From: a virus
Taxonomy: Duplodnaviria > Caudoviricetes
Strand: one strand, 5' to 3'
DNA length: 38,922 nt
Virus record (IMG/VR): IMGVR_UViG_3300033508_000234
Coordinates: 1 to 38,922 of that record
Below are positions 17,548 to 26,760 of the stretch, piece after piece. Position 1 is the first letter of the stretch. Every line of letters starts with the position of its first letter. Both the position numbers and the translations under genes were made by a program. The notes under the pieces were generated by a model. It saw only the letters and a program-made list of their open reading frames with translations, was not told where the DNA came from and searched no databases.

Positions 17548-20174
17548 TGCCGTCGTCTATTATTGCTCTGGCCGTCGCGTCATCTGAACTTGTTGGCGGG
17601 TTTATTGCTGGATCTATATTAGAGCAGACAGCGCTGGGTCTGGTATTTGAAACAGTTGGAGCAACAATGTCTGCGTCAATTATCGGCGGGGCAGCAGGAT
17701 TCGTTGTCAGTGGAGGATTAAGAGCAGCTCTTTCACCAGATACAAAACAAGCAGAACAGCCCAGCTTTACGACTCAGGCAACTCAGCGCACTGTTATCGT
17801 TAGATCAGCCATTGCTGCCCGTCAAACAATTTATGGTCGGGCCATGGTATCTGGGTCGTTGGTCTTTGCTGCATCAAGTACCGACAATAATACGATTCAT
17901 CTTGTTATTGCTTTGGCCGGGCATGAATGTACAGGAATCGACGAAATTTGGTTTGGTGATGATCTGCTCGGAACGCGTGATGTTAACGGTAATGTGACAG
18001 ATGGCGCTTATGCTGGATATGCCCAGGTTGTCGAACATCTTGGTTCGCCAGATCAGCTGGCTGATGATGTTCTAATCAATGCCAACGTCGGGTGGACGGC
18101 TAATCATCGTCTTCGTGGTGTTTGCTATCTGCGCGTAACGCTTACCTGGAGCAGAGACGTCTACCCGAGAGGAATCCCAAATATTAAGGCTGTAGCGCGT
18201 GGTAAAAAACTTTATGATCCACGGACTGGATTAACGGCCTACAGCACTAACTGGGCATTAATGGTGCGCGATTATCTTTCAGGGGTTCATGGCCTCGGAG
18301 CCAGTGCTGCAGAAGTTTCAGATGTAGATTTCATTTCGTCGGCCAATATTTCGGATGAAGCAATAACACTTGCTGCTGGAGGTACTGAACCCCGCTACGC
18401 AGTCAACGGTGTGATCAGCAGTTCCGGCGCTCCGCTTCAGATTATGCAGCAGATGCTTTCGGCAGGTGCCGGGGTGCTGGTTTGGACTCAAGGGGTTTAT
18501 CGATTGATTCCTGGGGCGTATGTCGCCCCAACGATTACTTTTGATGAAAACATTCTTCGCGGGCCAATGAATGTTCGGGCTCGTGTCCCAAGAAAAGAGT
18601 TATACAACGCCGTTCGTGGAACCTACGTCGACCCAACTAAATACTGGCAGCCTGGAGATTTCACACCGATCCAGAACGCATTTTATAAATCTCAAGACGG
18701 CGTTGAAATCTTCCGCGACATCGAGCTTCCATTCACGACTAGTTCCGCTGCCGCTCAGCGCCTGGCAAAGATCATTCTTGAAAAAGGAAGACAGGGAATT
18801 GTTGTTAACATGCCATGCAAGCCGGCAGCGTTCAAGGTTGCCGTTGGAGATACGATTCGCCTCTCTATCGCGCATCTCGGGTGGTCACTAAAGGAATTTC
18901 GCGTACTTGGCTGGCAACTCGCCGATAACGGCGCAGTTGATCTATCTCTACAGGAAGAGTCTTCCGCTGCCTACGCCTGGAGCGCTGAAGAAACGATCAT
19001 TGATCCGGTTCCTGATACCAATCTGCCAAACTCATTTGTAGTGGCTGCACCTGGCGCTCCGGAAGTTACTGAATCGCTATTTGAAACCACCGGCAGCGCC
19101 GGCGTTAAGGCGCGGGCAACAATGACCTGGGCCGCGTCTACCGATGGTTTTGTGGTCGATTATCTGCCCGAGTATCGGTTACTCGGTGACACCTGGATCC
19201 GATTGCCGGCTGTCGATGGCGTTTCGATTGATATAAACGACATTACACCAGGTATCTACGAATTCCGTCTGCGTGCCCGCAACGTGATTGGTGTTTCCAG
19301 CGACTACAGCGCCGTGCGCACACGTGAAGTGCTGGGCATGACCGCTGCGCCGTCAGATGTGTCAGGATTCTCAGTGATCAAGTCGGGAGGTTTCGCGCTG
19401 GCCACTTGGGCGCTGCATCCTGATCTTGATGTGCGCATGGGTGGACGTGTGGTTATTCGCCATTCGCCAATGACAACGGGAGCGACCTGGAACAACGGAA
19501 TTATTCTCGAAGAGTTTAACGGTGATGCAGTCACCGGAAGTGTTCCGCTGATCACCGGCACCTACATGATCAAGGCGCTCGATTCGTCGGGGAACTACAG
19601 TACCAACGCGGTGTTTTTTGTCGCTACCGAGGGCATGGTCACCGGTTGGACAACGGTTGCCACCAGCACACAGCATCCGGCCTTTGCCGGTACAAAAACA
19701 AATTCAGTCGCAGTATCCGGTGCGCTACAGCTCGATTCGTCGAGCAGCATTGATTCCATGGCTACGGATATCGATACCTGGACCTATATCGACGCACTCG
19801 GTGGAATCATCAGCTCAGGGTCGTATTCCTTCTCGGCAGTCGTTGATTTGGCCACAGTTAAAACACGGCGCTTCGAGGCCGATGTGGCAGCCACCAGTTT
19901 TGATGCCGCTGATCTGATGGACAGCAAAACCGATCCGATTGATGACTGGGGTCCTATTGACGGTAACGCCATCAATGACTGCGACGTTACGCTCTATGCG
20001 GCTATTACCAACGACGATCCTTCAGGATCACCATCCTGGTCACCATGGACCCCGTTCTTCGTTGCCGATTTCACCTGCCGCTCCGCCAAGTTCAAGCTCG
20101 AACTGGCCAGCGGAAACGCTACCCATAATATTGCCGTCGGCACTTTGGCCGTCGACATCAAGGAGCCTGTATGA
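17547..20174 (+). CDS. Tail tip / central fibre protein (gpJ-like)
   Basis: IYGRAMVSG, HRLRG, GKKLYDPR and AQRLAKI motifs plus an FN3-like region; TAATG start at 17547. Confidence 0.88.
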   Translation: MPSSIIALAVASSELVGGFIAGSILEQTALGLVFETVGATMSASIIGGAAGFVVSGGLRAALSPDTKQAEQPSFTTQATQRTVIVRSAIAARQTIYGRAMVSGSLVFAASSTDNNTIHLVIALAGHECTGIDEIWFGDDLLGTRDVNGNVTDGAYAGYAQVVEHLGSPDQLADDVLINANVGWTANHRLRGVCYLRVTLTWSRDVYPRGIPNIKAVARGKKLYDPRTGLTAYSTNWALMVRDYLSGVHGLGASAAEVSDVDFISSANISDEAITLAAGGTEPRYAVNGVISSSGAPLQIMQQMLSAGAGVLVWTQGVYRLIPGAYVAPTITFDENILRGPMNVRARVPRKELYNAVRGTYVDPTKYWQPGDFTPIQNAFYKSQDGVEIFRDIELPFTTSSAAAQRLAKIILEKGRQGIVVNMPCKPAAFKVAVGDTIRLSIAHLGWSLKEFRVLGWQLADNGAVDLSLQEESSAAYAWSAEETIIDPVPDTNLPNSFVVAAPGAPEVTESLFETTGSAGVKARATMTWAASTDGFVVDYLPEYRLLGDTWIRLPAVDGVSIDINDITPGIYEFRLRARNVIGVSSDYSAVRTREVLGMTAAPSDVSGFSVIKSGGFALATWALHPDLDVRMGGRVVIRHSPMTTGATWNNGIILEEFNGDAVTGSVPLITGTYMIKALDSSGNYSTNAVFFVATEGMVTGWTTVATSTQHPAFAGTKTNSVAVSGALQLDSSSSIDSMATDIDTWTYIDALGGIISSGSYSFSAVVDLATVKTRRFEADVAATSFDAADLMDSKTDPIDDWGPIDGNAINDCDVTLYAAITNDDPSGSPSWSPWTPFFVADFTCRSAKFKLELASGNATHNIAVGTLAVDIKEPV

Positions 20175-20758
20175 GCCAACATGATTATGATCTTGCTAAT
20201 GCCGCCGGGGCCAGTTTTAGGGCAGATACCAATTCCGCATTGCTCGCAATTGTTAGTCAAAACAGCGGAGCCAGTGCGCCGGCCACGACGTTTGTCTATC
20301 AATTGTGGGCGGATACGACAACGGGCCTGCTCAAGATTCGTAACGCTGCGAACACCGCCTGGATCACGATAGGTGATATGGCAGAAGCGAATCTAGGTCT
20401 GCAGCTTTACGATGCAGATACCGCGAAGCTGGATGTTGCACAGGTCTTCTCAGCCTCGCAGAAAGCAGCAGTCATCACCGACAACGACCTATCCTTCGAC
20501 CTCTCCGGCGCAGGTAATGACTACTCAAGCACACCGACCGGCGCGGGTACGATGGCCTTTACGAACATCGCAGGGAATACCGGAAAGTCGGGGCATATCA
20601 AGTTCGTGAATGGTTCGGCTTACGCAATTGCCAAGGGTAGCAATATCAAATGCTCGACCTCTCTATTCACTACGATCAGCGCGACAGGCACGTACCTTAT
20701 CGGCTACTGGTGTGACGGTACGGATGTTTATCTGACAACGGCAGGGGCCGCATCGTGA
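20171..20758 (+). CDS. Tail fibre proximal/adaptor protein
   Basis: MSQHDYDLAN...FRAD.N.AL and WADTTTGLLKIRN..NTAW fibre N-terminal motifs. Confidence 0.75.
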   Translation: MSQHDYDLANAAGASFRADTNSALLAIVSQNSGASAPATTFVYQLWADTTTGLLKIRNAANTAWITIGDMAEANLGLQLYDADTAKLDVAQVFSASQKAAVITDNDLSFDLSGAGNDYSSTPTGAGTMAFTNIAGNTGKSGHIKFVNGSAYAIAKGSNIKCSTSLFTTISATGTYLIGYWCDGTDVYLTTAGAAS

Positions 20759-23037
20759 GCGTTATTCACTCAGCCGTTCAAGGTGGAGAAGGTGGCGTCG
20801 ACACAGGCGACAACATCCCGTATTCGCTGATGCTGGGTAGTGGGGCGAGTCAGTATTTGTCGAGGACGTTTGGTGCGCCGACGAGCACGACAAAACGCTT
20901 TATTCTAATCTGGAAAAAGCGCACCAAGCTCAGTACATATACCACACCGCAAACATTATTAGCTTGTAGTTCAGAGCGTTTCTGGACTGACTTTGAAGGT
21001 GCTGATTATCTCGGCGCATATATCGGTGGGGCGAGTTGCTACTCAACTACAAAACTACGTGATGTGATCGGATGGGAACCATACATTCTGTCGATTGACA
21101 CCACACAGGTTACGGCAGCTAACCGCGTTCAAATATATCGCCCAAGCGTTAGTGGAGCCACTCCTTTAACTTTAATTGGATCGTTCCCTGCTCAGAATCA
21201 CACGTTGGTGTTAGGGTCTGCTGTTGTTCATGCAATTGGCTGGCAGCCCGGAACTGGCTACCCTGACGACGGATACTACGCCACTCCAATACTGCTTGAC
21301 GGCAAGTGTGTGCAGGATGGTTCAGTTGCCATCACAGACGTATTGCGTCTATCAGCAGACACAGGTCAGTGGGTCAATAAGGCCTACTCAGGAACCTACG
21401 GCAACAACGGATTCAAACTCGAATTCGCAGACCCGTCATTTGCGACTTACGGACTCGGCAAAGACACCAGCGGAAATAACAATCACTGGACTCCTAACGG
21501 TGGTATCACTTCAGCGAATCAATACACCGATACGCCAACTTCAAATAGCAATGTACTGAACATTCTGAACCACAATGGAGCATCTTCACTTATTGCCAAG
21601 AAGGGTAATCTGACTGCGGATAATACAGGGGCGGGTACAGTTGGCAGACTCACTACGTCTATCCCGCTTACTTCTGGAAAATGGCAATTTGAAGTAACCC
21701 GCAAGGATGCACTAGGCATCGGCAATTGCATGGGCTATGGTGTGGTGGATTCGTCTGCTGCGCTATCAACTGGAATCTATATTGGTGCGCCAACAAACAC
21801 CGGAGCATCAGTATCTGAGTGGATGATTACTGATCGAGCAGTTGCTTGTAATACCAGCACCTACACTGACCTCTCAGGTACTCTTGGAACCATCGGGCAG
21901 AATGACGTTACACGTGTCTTTATTGACATGGATAACAAAAAGATTTGGTTCGGCAAGAACGGAACCATCAGTGGCGATCCTACCGCTGGAACTGGGGCCG
22001 CATTCTCTAATCTTCCTGCCTCGGTATTGGTAGCACACTGCGCCAGTGCTTTTTCTGGACTCATCTCAGATTATAACTTCGGTGCAAAGGCTACTGCATA
22101 CTCAGCCCATCCGACATTTAAGCAGATAAACACAGCGAACCTGCCGACTCCTGCGATCTTAAAAAGCAGCAATGGAGTTGTGGCGGTCACTGCAACCGAG
22201 GCCAATATCGCTGCAACACTTGCCTCTGCAAGATCGGGATGGAGTGATTACGTTGAGATTCTAAAGAATCGCAGTGCTGCTGAATCTTGGGCGCACAGGT
22301 TCTCGCATGACTCGGGGAATGAGTACGCCGTATCTGTGAATAGTGTTACTCGTCAAGCAACTCGCGCTCTCTCAGGAACAGATGCTTGGTCTGGTTGGGG
22401 AATTCGCGTAGGAGCAACCTACGGCACTGCTGCCGGTTCCATTGCACACACCAATGGTGCAGCAACAACCATCACTCACAACGTAGGTAAGTCAGCAAGA
22501 CAGTTGATCCTGCTATTCCCAAGAGCAGGTGGTTCCACAATCAAGATGTATCACCCGAATCTTGATGCAGGGAAGTTACTCAACTTCTGCGGAGTATCCG
22601 GGCAGACCACCGATTCCTCCATCGCAAGCGTGACCGCCAACAGCTTCCAGATCGGTAGCGGCATGGCAACGGGAACCTACGATTATCTCGTATGCAGTGA
22701 GATTACCGGATTCTTCAAGCTGTGGGAGGCAACTGGAAATGACAGCACAGACGGCCCCTACACCGATCTTGGCCTGAGTCCAGTGATCGACGTAACAACG
22801 AGTACGACAAGCAATAGCGTTGTGGCGCGTGATGCGGCACGGAACCCGCATAACGTCATGAACTATGGCTTGTGGATGAACGCGAGCGATACAGAAACAG
22901 TGAATGGTTACCTACTCGACCGAACTGCTGGCGGAAGAAAAACGCGTAGCAGCGGGGAATCTGGAACCAATGCCGCAGGAACCAAATACGTTGGGTTCAC
23001 TTGGGGCGACCCAATCAACACCGCAACCGCGAGATAA
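20755..23037 (+). CDS. Putative receptor-binding protein (ConA/SPRY-like domains)
   Basis: YGNNGFKL, LGKDTSGNNNHW, SGKWQFE and DMDNKKIWFGKNG motifs; Gly/Ser/Thr-rich. Confidence 0.7.
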   Translation: MSVIHSAVQGGEGGVDTGDNIPYSLMLGSGASQYLSRTFGAPTSTTKRFILIWKKRTKLSTYTTPQTLLACSSERFWTDFEGADYLGAYIGGASCYSTTKLRDVIGWEPYILSIDTTQVTAANRVQIYRPSVSGATPLTLIGSFPAQNHTLVLGSAVVHAIGWQPGTGYPDDGYYATPILLDGKCVQDGSVAITDVLRLSADTGQWVNKAYSGTYGNNGFKLEFADPSFATYGLGKDTSGNNNHWTPNGGITSANQYTDTPTSNSNVLNILNHNGASSLIAKKGNLTADNTGAGTVGRLTTSIPLTSGKWQFEVTRKDALGIGNCMGYGVVDSSAALSTGIYIGAPTNTGASVSEWMITDRAVACNTSTYTDLSGTLGTIGQNDVTRVFIDMDNKKIWFGKNGTISGDPTAGTGAAFSNLPASVLVAHCASAFSGLISDYNFGAKATAYSAHPTFKQINTANLPTPAILKSSNGVVAVTATEANIAATLASARSGWSDYVEILKNRSAAESWAHRFSHDSGNEYAVSVNSVTRQATRALSGTDAWSGWGIRVGATYGTAAGSIAHTNGAATTITHNVGKSARQLILLFPRAGGSTIKMYHPNLDAGKLLNFCGVSGQTTDSSIASVTANSFQIGSGMATGTYDYLVCSEITGFFKLWEATGNDSTDGPYTDLGLSPVIDVTTSTTSNSVVARDAARNPHNVMNYGLWMNASDTETVNGYLLDRTAGGRKTRSSGESGTNAAGTKYVGFTWGDPINTATAR

Positions 23038-23046
23038 GGAAAAATC

Positions 23047-23430
23047 ATGTTCATCAAAGACGGCATCAGATTCAACATCAACCAAGGTCTGACCATTGAT
23101 GGAGTGACTTACGCTCCCGGCCAGTTGCTCCAGTTTCCTCACGTCATGGCGGTACTCAACATCGTTGAGATTCCCGATCCAGTTCGCCCTGCCGATTTCA
23201 ACGAGGACGAGAGCATCTGGAACGAAACCGACAAAGCCCCGTACTTTGCGATTACCGCCCGAGATCCCGAACAGGTTGCCCGGACTAAGCTTGCTCGGGC
23301 AACTGAAGGTCGCCGCGTAGCGTATCTGAATGAGTCAGACCCTATGTTCTTCAAAGAGCAGCGCGGCGAAGTTGAAAAAGGCACATGGCAAGCCAAGGTC
23401 GATGAAATCAAAGCGAGGTATCCGAAGTGA
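23047..23430 (+). CDS. Fibre-associated/assembly protein
   Basis: C-terminal RRVAY..ESDP.FF...W.AKV.EIKARYP motif; AAGGA RBS. Confidence 0.65.
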   Translation: MFIKDGIRFNINQGLTIDGVTYAPGQLLQFPHVMAVLNIVEIPDPVRPADFNEDESIWNETDKAPYFAITARDPEQVARTKLARATEGRRVAYLNESDPMFFKEQRGEVEKGTWQAKVDEIKARYPK

Positions 23431-23984
23431 AGTGGTTCGCGCTCCTACCCTGCTGGCTGATCTTCAACATTTTCGCGTTGTGCGTGAATTGGTTGCTGCC
23501 GATGTTTTCCGTTATGCGAGATGGCCCGATCAATAACAACAACGGGTTTGCTGTCGAGCCGAGATTGCCGACTTGGTTAAGCTGGTTCGATACTTTTGAC
23601 AATAGTCTCCTTGGCGATGGTGGATTCAGGGCGACACACGATGGCGGCTACTGGTCACAGGTTGCATGGTTGTATCGCAACAACTGCTACGGCTTCGAGC
23701 GCAGTGTTCTTGCTGCGAAGATTGCACCAATGGCTCAGGTCACGCATCTGACCGGGGATCCTTTCATTACTGACAAACCGAACGGACGCGCTGGCGATTG
23801 CTACGTCGAGATCGGTTCATACTGGTCGTATGACTTGGTGCTTCGCCTGACTAAAACCAAGTGCGTGAAGCTGTCATTCGGCTGGAAGCTAAAAACCTAC
23901 GCCGAAGACCCGAGCCGCATAGCTGAAGAGCCAATCGCGCAATACTGCGTGACGATTAAACCCTTAACTGACTTTGTGGAGTGA
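23427..23984 (+). CDS. Conserved phage protein with N-terminal hydrophobic segment
   Basis: LP.WLSWF.T.DNSL.GD and WLYRN motifs; GTGA coupling. Confidence 0.6.
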   Translation: MKWFALLPCWLIFNIFALCVNWLLPMFSVMRDGPINNNNGFAVEPRLPTWLSWFDTFDNSLLGDGGFRATHDGGYWSQVAWLYRNNCYGFERSVLAAKIAPMAQVTHLTGDPFITDKPNGRAGDCYVEIGSYWSYDLVLRLTKTKCVKLSFGWKLKTYAEDPSRIAEEPIAQYCVTIKPLTDFVE

Positions 23985-23990
23985 AGACGC

Positions 23991-24299
23991 ATGGAACCGG
24001 CTTACATACAATTAATTATCTTCCTCACCACGGCCTTTTCTACGCTTCTGGCGTGGATCGGCAAGCGGGTTTTTATGCGACTTGATGAACTGCTTGCTGG
24101 ACAGGCGGCAATCTCTTTAAAGCATGAGGAATCAATGGGGCGAATGGCTAAAGATCACGCGCAGGAATTGCTCGAAATACACAAGGCCATGAAAGCCGGC
24201 GACGATCAATTGCATGACCGGATTACTGGCGCGTGCAATCGTATCTCGCGGCTTGAAGGTCGATCCGAAGTTGAGCACGGCGCGAAGGTGATGATATGA
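23991..24299 (+). CDS. Membrane protein, holin/antiholin-like (1 TM + coiled coil)
   Basis: N-terminal hydrophobic helix; immediately precedes the endolysin. Confidence 0.55.
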   Translation: MEPAYIQLIIFLTTAFSTLLAWIGKRVFMRLDELLAGQAAISLKHEESMGRMAKDHAQELLEIHKAMKAGDDQLHDRITGACNRISRLEGRSEVEHGAKVMI

Positions 24300-24637
24300 G
24301 TTTATTCCAGACACAGAAAGAATTCACGCTACTAATACCGGCACTGCTGCATAGGGCGAGGGAACTCGGGTATGACGTAACGCTCGGCGATGCCTTCCGC
24401 GACCCGAGAGTGCATGGCGAACTCGGGGTGAAGATGGGCTACGGACACCGGAACAGCGCACACAAGCGACGCCTTGCCATCGACCTAAACCTGTTCAAGA
24501 ATGGACAGTTTCTTGAAGGCACGGAGGATCATCGAATGCTTGGCGAGTGGTGGGAAAAGCAGCACCCGCTGGCACGATGGGGCGGCAGATTTGCCGATGG
24601 CAATCACTACAGCTTCGAGTATGAAGGTGTGAAATGA
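24296..24637 (+). CDS. Endolysin, peptidase M15 family
   Basis: S.H...LAIDLNLF and WGGRF.DGNHYS Zn-binding motifs. Confidence 0.9.
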   Translation: MSLFQTQKEFTLLIPALLHRARELGYDVTLGDAFRDPRVHGELGVKMGYGHRNSAHKRRLAIDLNLFKNGQFLEGTEDHRMLGEWWEKQHPLARWGGRFADGNHYSFEYEGVK

Positions 24638-24870
24638 CCAATTGGCTCCGAGAAGCTGTGACTGACAGCACTCTAAAGACGGTATCAGCAAAGCGCGTGG
24701 CGATGCTGTCGGCTGCGTTCTCGTTGTCACTTGCAGTGATTATCCTCGCGTCTGCGGCGTGTCTCGGTACGGATGTGGCGGCAAGCATTTATGCGGTGTC
24801 TATCCCGCTGGCCGGGTTGGGTGGATATACCTATGTCAATGGCAAGATTGCGGAAGGGAAACAGCCATGA
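24634..24870 (+). CDS. Putative holin (2 TM)
   Basis: S.KR followed by two hydrophobic helices; ATGA coupling to the endolysin. Confidence 0.6.
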   Translation: MTNWLREAVTDSTLKTVSAKRVAMLSAAFSLSLAVIILASAACLGTDVAASIYAVSIPLAGLGGYTYVNGKIAEGKQP

Positions 24871-24941
24871 GTGAGGCCGACTTTACAATTCCACTATTGA
24901 TTGCGGTACTCATTGCCATTTTATGGAAGCACACCTCATGA
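24867..24941 (+). CDS. 24-aa single-TM peptide in lysis cassette
   Basis: MSEADFTIPLLIAVLIAILWKHTS; ATGA overlaps at both ends. Confidence 0.5.
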   Translation: MSEADFTIPLLIAVLIAILWKHTS

Positions 24942-25381
24942 CCTTCGACTGGCTCAAAGCCGCCCCGTGGATCCTGGTGATCCTCTTGTTGCTCGGAATG
25001 GCGACTACCACGCACCTATACATGAGCGAGCGCGATGCTTTTACGGCGCTCAAAGCTCAAATCAAGCTATTGAGCGAGCAAGCGGTAGCCGAGAACGCCC
25101 GAGTAAAAAAGCTGTACTCCGAGAATTTGGACAAAGTAAAGGCCGACTATGAAAAAAATATTCCTACTGTACGCACTTACGCCGTTAGCAATTATCGGCT
25201 GCGCTACCCAACTGCCAGTTGCAGTACCGTGCCCGGAGCTCCCTCCAGTGAGCAAGTGGATGATGGAGCCGGCAAAGAACGCCTGGTTGATAAATTCCCC
25301 GCAGACTGCGGAGACGATGCCAATAAGCTTGAAGCTTGGCGGGCCTGGGCAACACTGAATCAGATACCGATAGAAGATTAA
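24938..25381 (+). CDS. Rz: i-spanin
   Basis: N-terminal TM helix, coiled coil and C-terminal Cys; contains a nested lipoprotein ORF. Confidence 0.8.
   Translation: MTFDWLKAAPWILVILLLLGMATTTHLYMSERDAFTALKAQIKLLSEQAVAENARVKKLYSENLDKVKADYEKNIPTVRTYAVSNYRLRYPTASCSTVPGAPSSEQVDDGAGKERLVDKFPADCGDDANKLEAWRAWATLNQIPIED
25149..25358 (+). CDS. Rz1: o-spanin lipoprotein, embedded in Rz (+1 frame)
   Basis: Signal peptide with lipobox IIG-C and a Pro-rich mature part (VPCPELPP). Confidence 0.8.
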   Translation: MKKIFLLYALTPLAIIGCATQLPVAVPCPELPPVSKWMMEPAKNAWLINSPQTAETMPISLKLGGPGQH

Positions 25382-25785
25382 GGCGGGCTGCACTCTGTAG
25401 ACGTTAAGTCAGCCCAAAGTGCCAAGTTCTCGGCATATCGTTTATGTTCGATTTTTGAAATGCTGACTGAAACCTGAGACTTGTTTTCCCCTTTTGGGTC
25501 AATATCGCTCATGATCAATAGACTTCTGGTGAAGTCGCCATAAAGACCGATTGTCACCACATATCGATCCAATTCTTTATATTGCTTTACACGGATTGAT
25601 TTTGATTCCCAGCACTTGACTCCAGATTTATTCAGATTCATCGCTGCAGTTTCTGCGGATACGTTGACTGCCCGGACAACGGTTGATACCGCATTTTGAC
25701 GAAATACATCTGGATCGACTGCCTTTGGGTCTGTCGCGCAGCCGGTAAGAATTATTGTAAAGACTGCGATCAATACGCTACGCAT
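25378..25785 (-). CDS. Moron lipoprotein of unknown function
   Basis: MRSVLIAVFTIILTG-C lipobox; AT-rich; opposite strand; adjacent to attP. Confidence 0.7.
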   Translation of the reverse strand: MRSVLIAVFTIILTGCATDPKAVDPDVFRQNAVSTVVRAVNVSAETAAMNLNKSGVKCWESKSIRVKQYKELDRYVVTIGLYGDFTRSLLIMSDIDPKGENKSQVSVSISKIEHKRYAENLALWADLTSTECSPP

Positions 25786-25957
25786 GTTTTTTCCAGTCAA
25801 TTGTTGAAGGGTAAGGACATAAATAATACCAGTGACCATGAATAAGTCATCGTGGATATTCGATAGCGTTTACACGTTGCTTAAAGACAAAATTTAATAT
25901 AGGATTCGCAGCATTATCGCATCACTGCCTTGAAAGCCTTTATCCACGCGGCCTTTT

Positions 25958-25985
25958 GCGGGTTCGAATCCCGCCCTCTCCGCCA
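25958..25985 (+). other. attP: attP core: 3' end of a tRNA-Ser gene
   Basis: T-arm GCGGG-TTCGAAT-CCCGC, acceptor strand CCTCTCC, discriminator G and CCA. The 5' half of the tRNA is absent. Lies near the integrase. Confidence 0.85.
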
Positions 25986-25999
25986 TTGATTTGCTTATA

Positions 26000-26012
26000 A
26001 ATCAACGGCTTG
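26000..26012 (+). promoter_or_regulatory. IHF binding site in attP
   Basis: AATCAACGGCTTG matches the consensus WATCAANNNNTTR, 14 bp from the core. Confidence 0.6.
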
Positions 26013-26066
26013 CATCTAATATTTGAGATGATGCTGTTACAAAATATAGCTACATATCGCTCGCTA

Positions 26067-26738
26067 TCACACGATTTTCGACGCTTTTTTTATTTCAATC
26101 TGTTGCTGTTTATATGCTTTGTAAGCAACATGTGCGTCAATTTCGTTTCCAAAATACCCAATCCATTTATTTTTGTATCTAGCACCATACCGGGTACCTA
26201 GTTTGCTGGATGACGTTATGTAAGTTCCAGGAAGCAATCCGTTTTTTCGTCGATTCCTTGGAATATATCCATCTGTTTGAGAAACACCATTCACAATTCC
26301 GTGAGAAATTTTTTCCAGTACAGAAAATCCCCAAGTGTTCATTGCGATATTCACGGCAAGACACACAAGGCGTGTATTTTCTTTGGTATAGCCTTTTGAT
26401 GAATCTATTCTATCAAGGCTTGGTGAAAATGGCCTGTGTGGTCCTTTGCGCGTAATTTGTTCAAATTCGAATTGAATTCCCGATACTTCGCATCGAAGAC
26501 CTGATCGTTTAACAATTTCCTGCATATCTGATGGCTGTATGGAATGCTCTATTGATTTTCGTTTTGCTCTTTTTATGCTTTCAAATAGCAAATTTTCAGC
26601 CCATTCGCTCAGTTGAATGTACTTAAACCCAGCTAACATTCGATCAACACATAATTTTGAGCAATATTTATTTCCATTTCTTGATTCTTGGCTTTTTGAT
26701 TGTTCGAATCGAGCGCCGCACATCTTACAGTCTGCCAA
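26067..26738 (-). CDS. Putative HNH-like endonuclease with N-terminal Zn finger and C-terminal AP2-like domain
   Basis: CKMC..KYCSKLC; SLDRIDSSKGY..EN..LVC...N; C-terminal WIGYF..E.DAH.AY. Confidence 0.65.
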   Translation of the reverse strand: MADCKMCGARFEQSKSQESRNGNKYCSKLCVDRMLAGFKYIQLSEWAENLLFESIKRAKRKSIEHSIQPSDMQEIVKRSGLRCEVSGIQFEFEQITRKGPHRPFSPSLDRIDSSKGYTKENTRLVCLAVNIAMNTWGFSVLEKISHGIVNGVSQTDGYIPRNRRKNGLLPGTYITSSSKLGTRYGARYKNKWIGYFGNEIDAHVAYKAYKQQQIEIKKASKIV

Positions 26739-26760
26739 TTTTATTTTTTAACGTACTTTC

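Noticed and set aside
25958-25985. A phage-encoded tRNA gene
   Set aside because: Only the T-arm and 3' acceptor strand are present; there is no matching 5' strand, D-arm or anticodon arm.
26034-26049. Possible LexA box CTGT-N8-ATAG
   Set aside because: It has a mismatch in the conserved half-site and is not upstream of any gene start.
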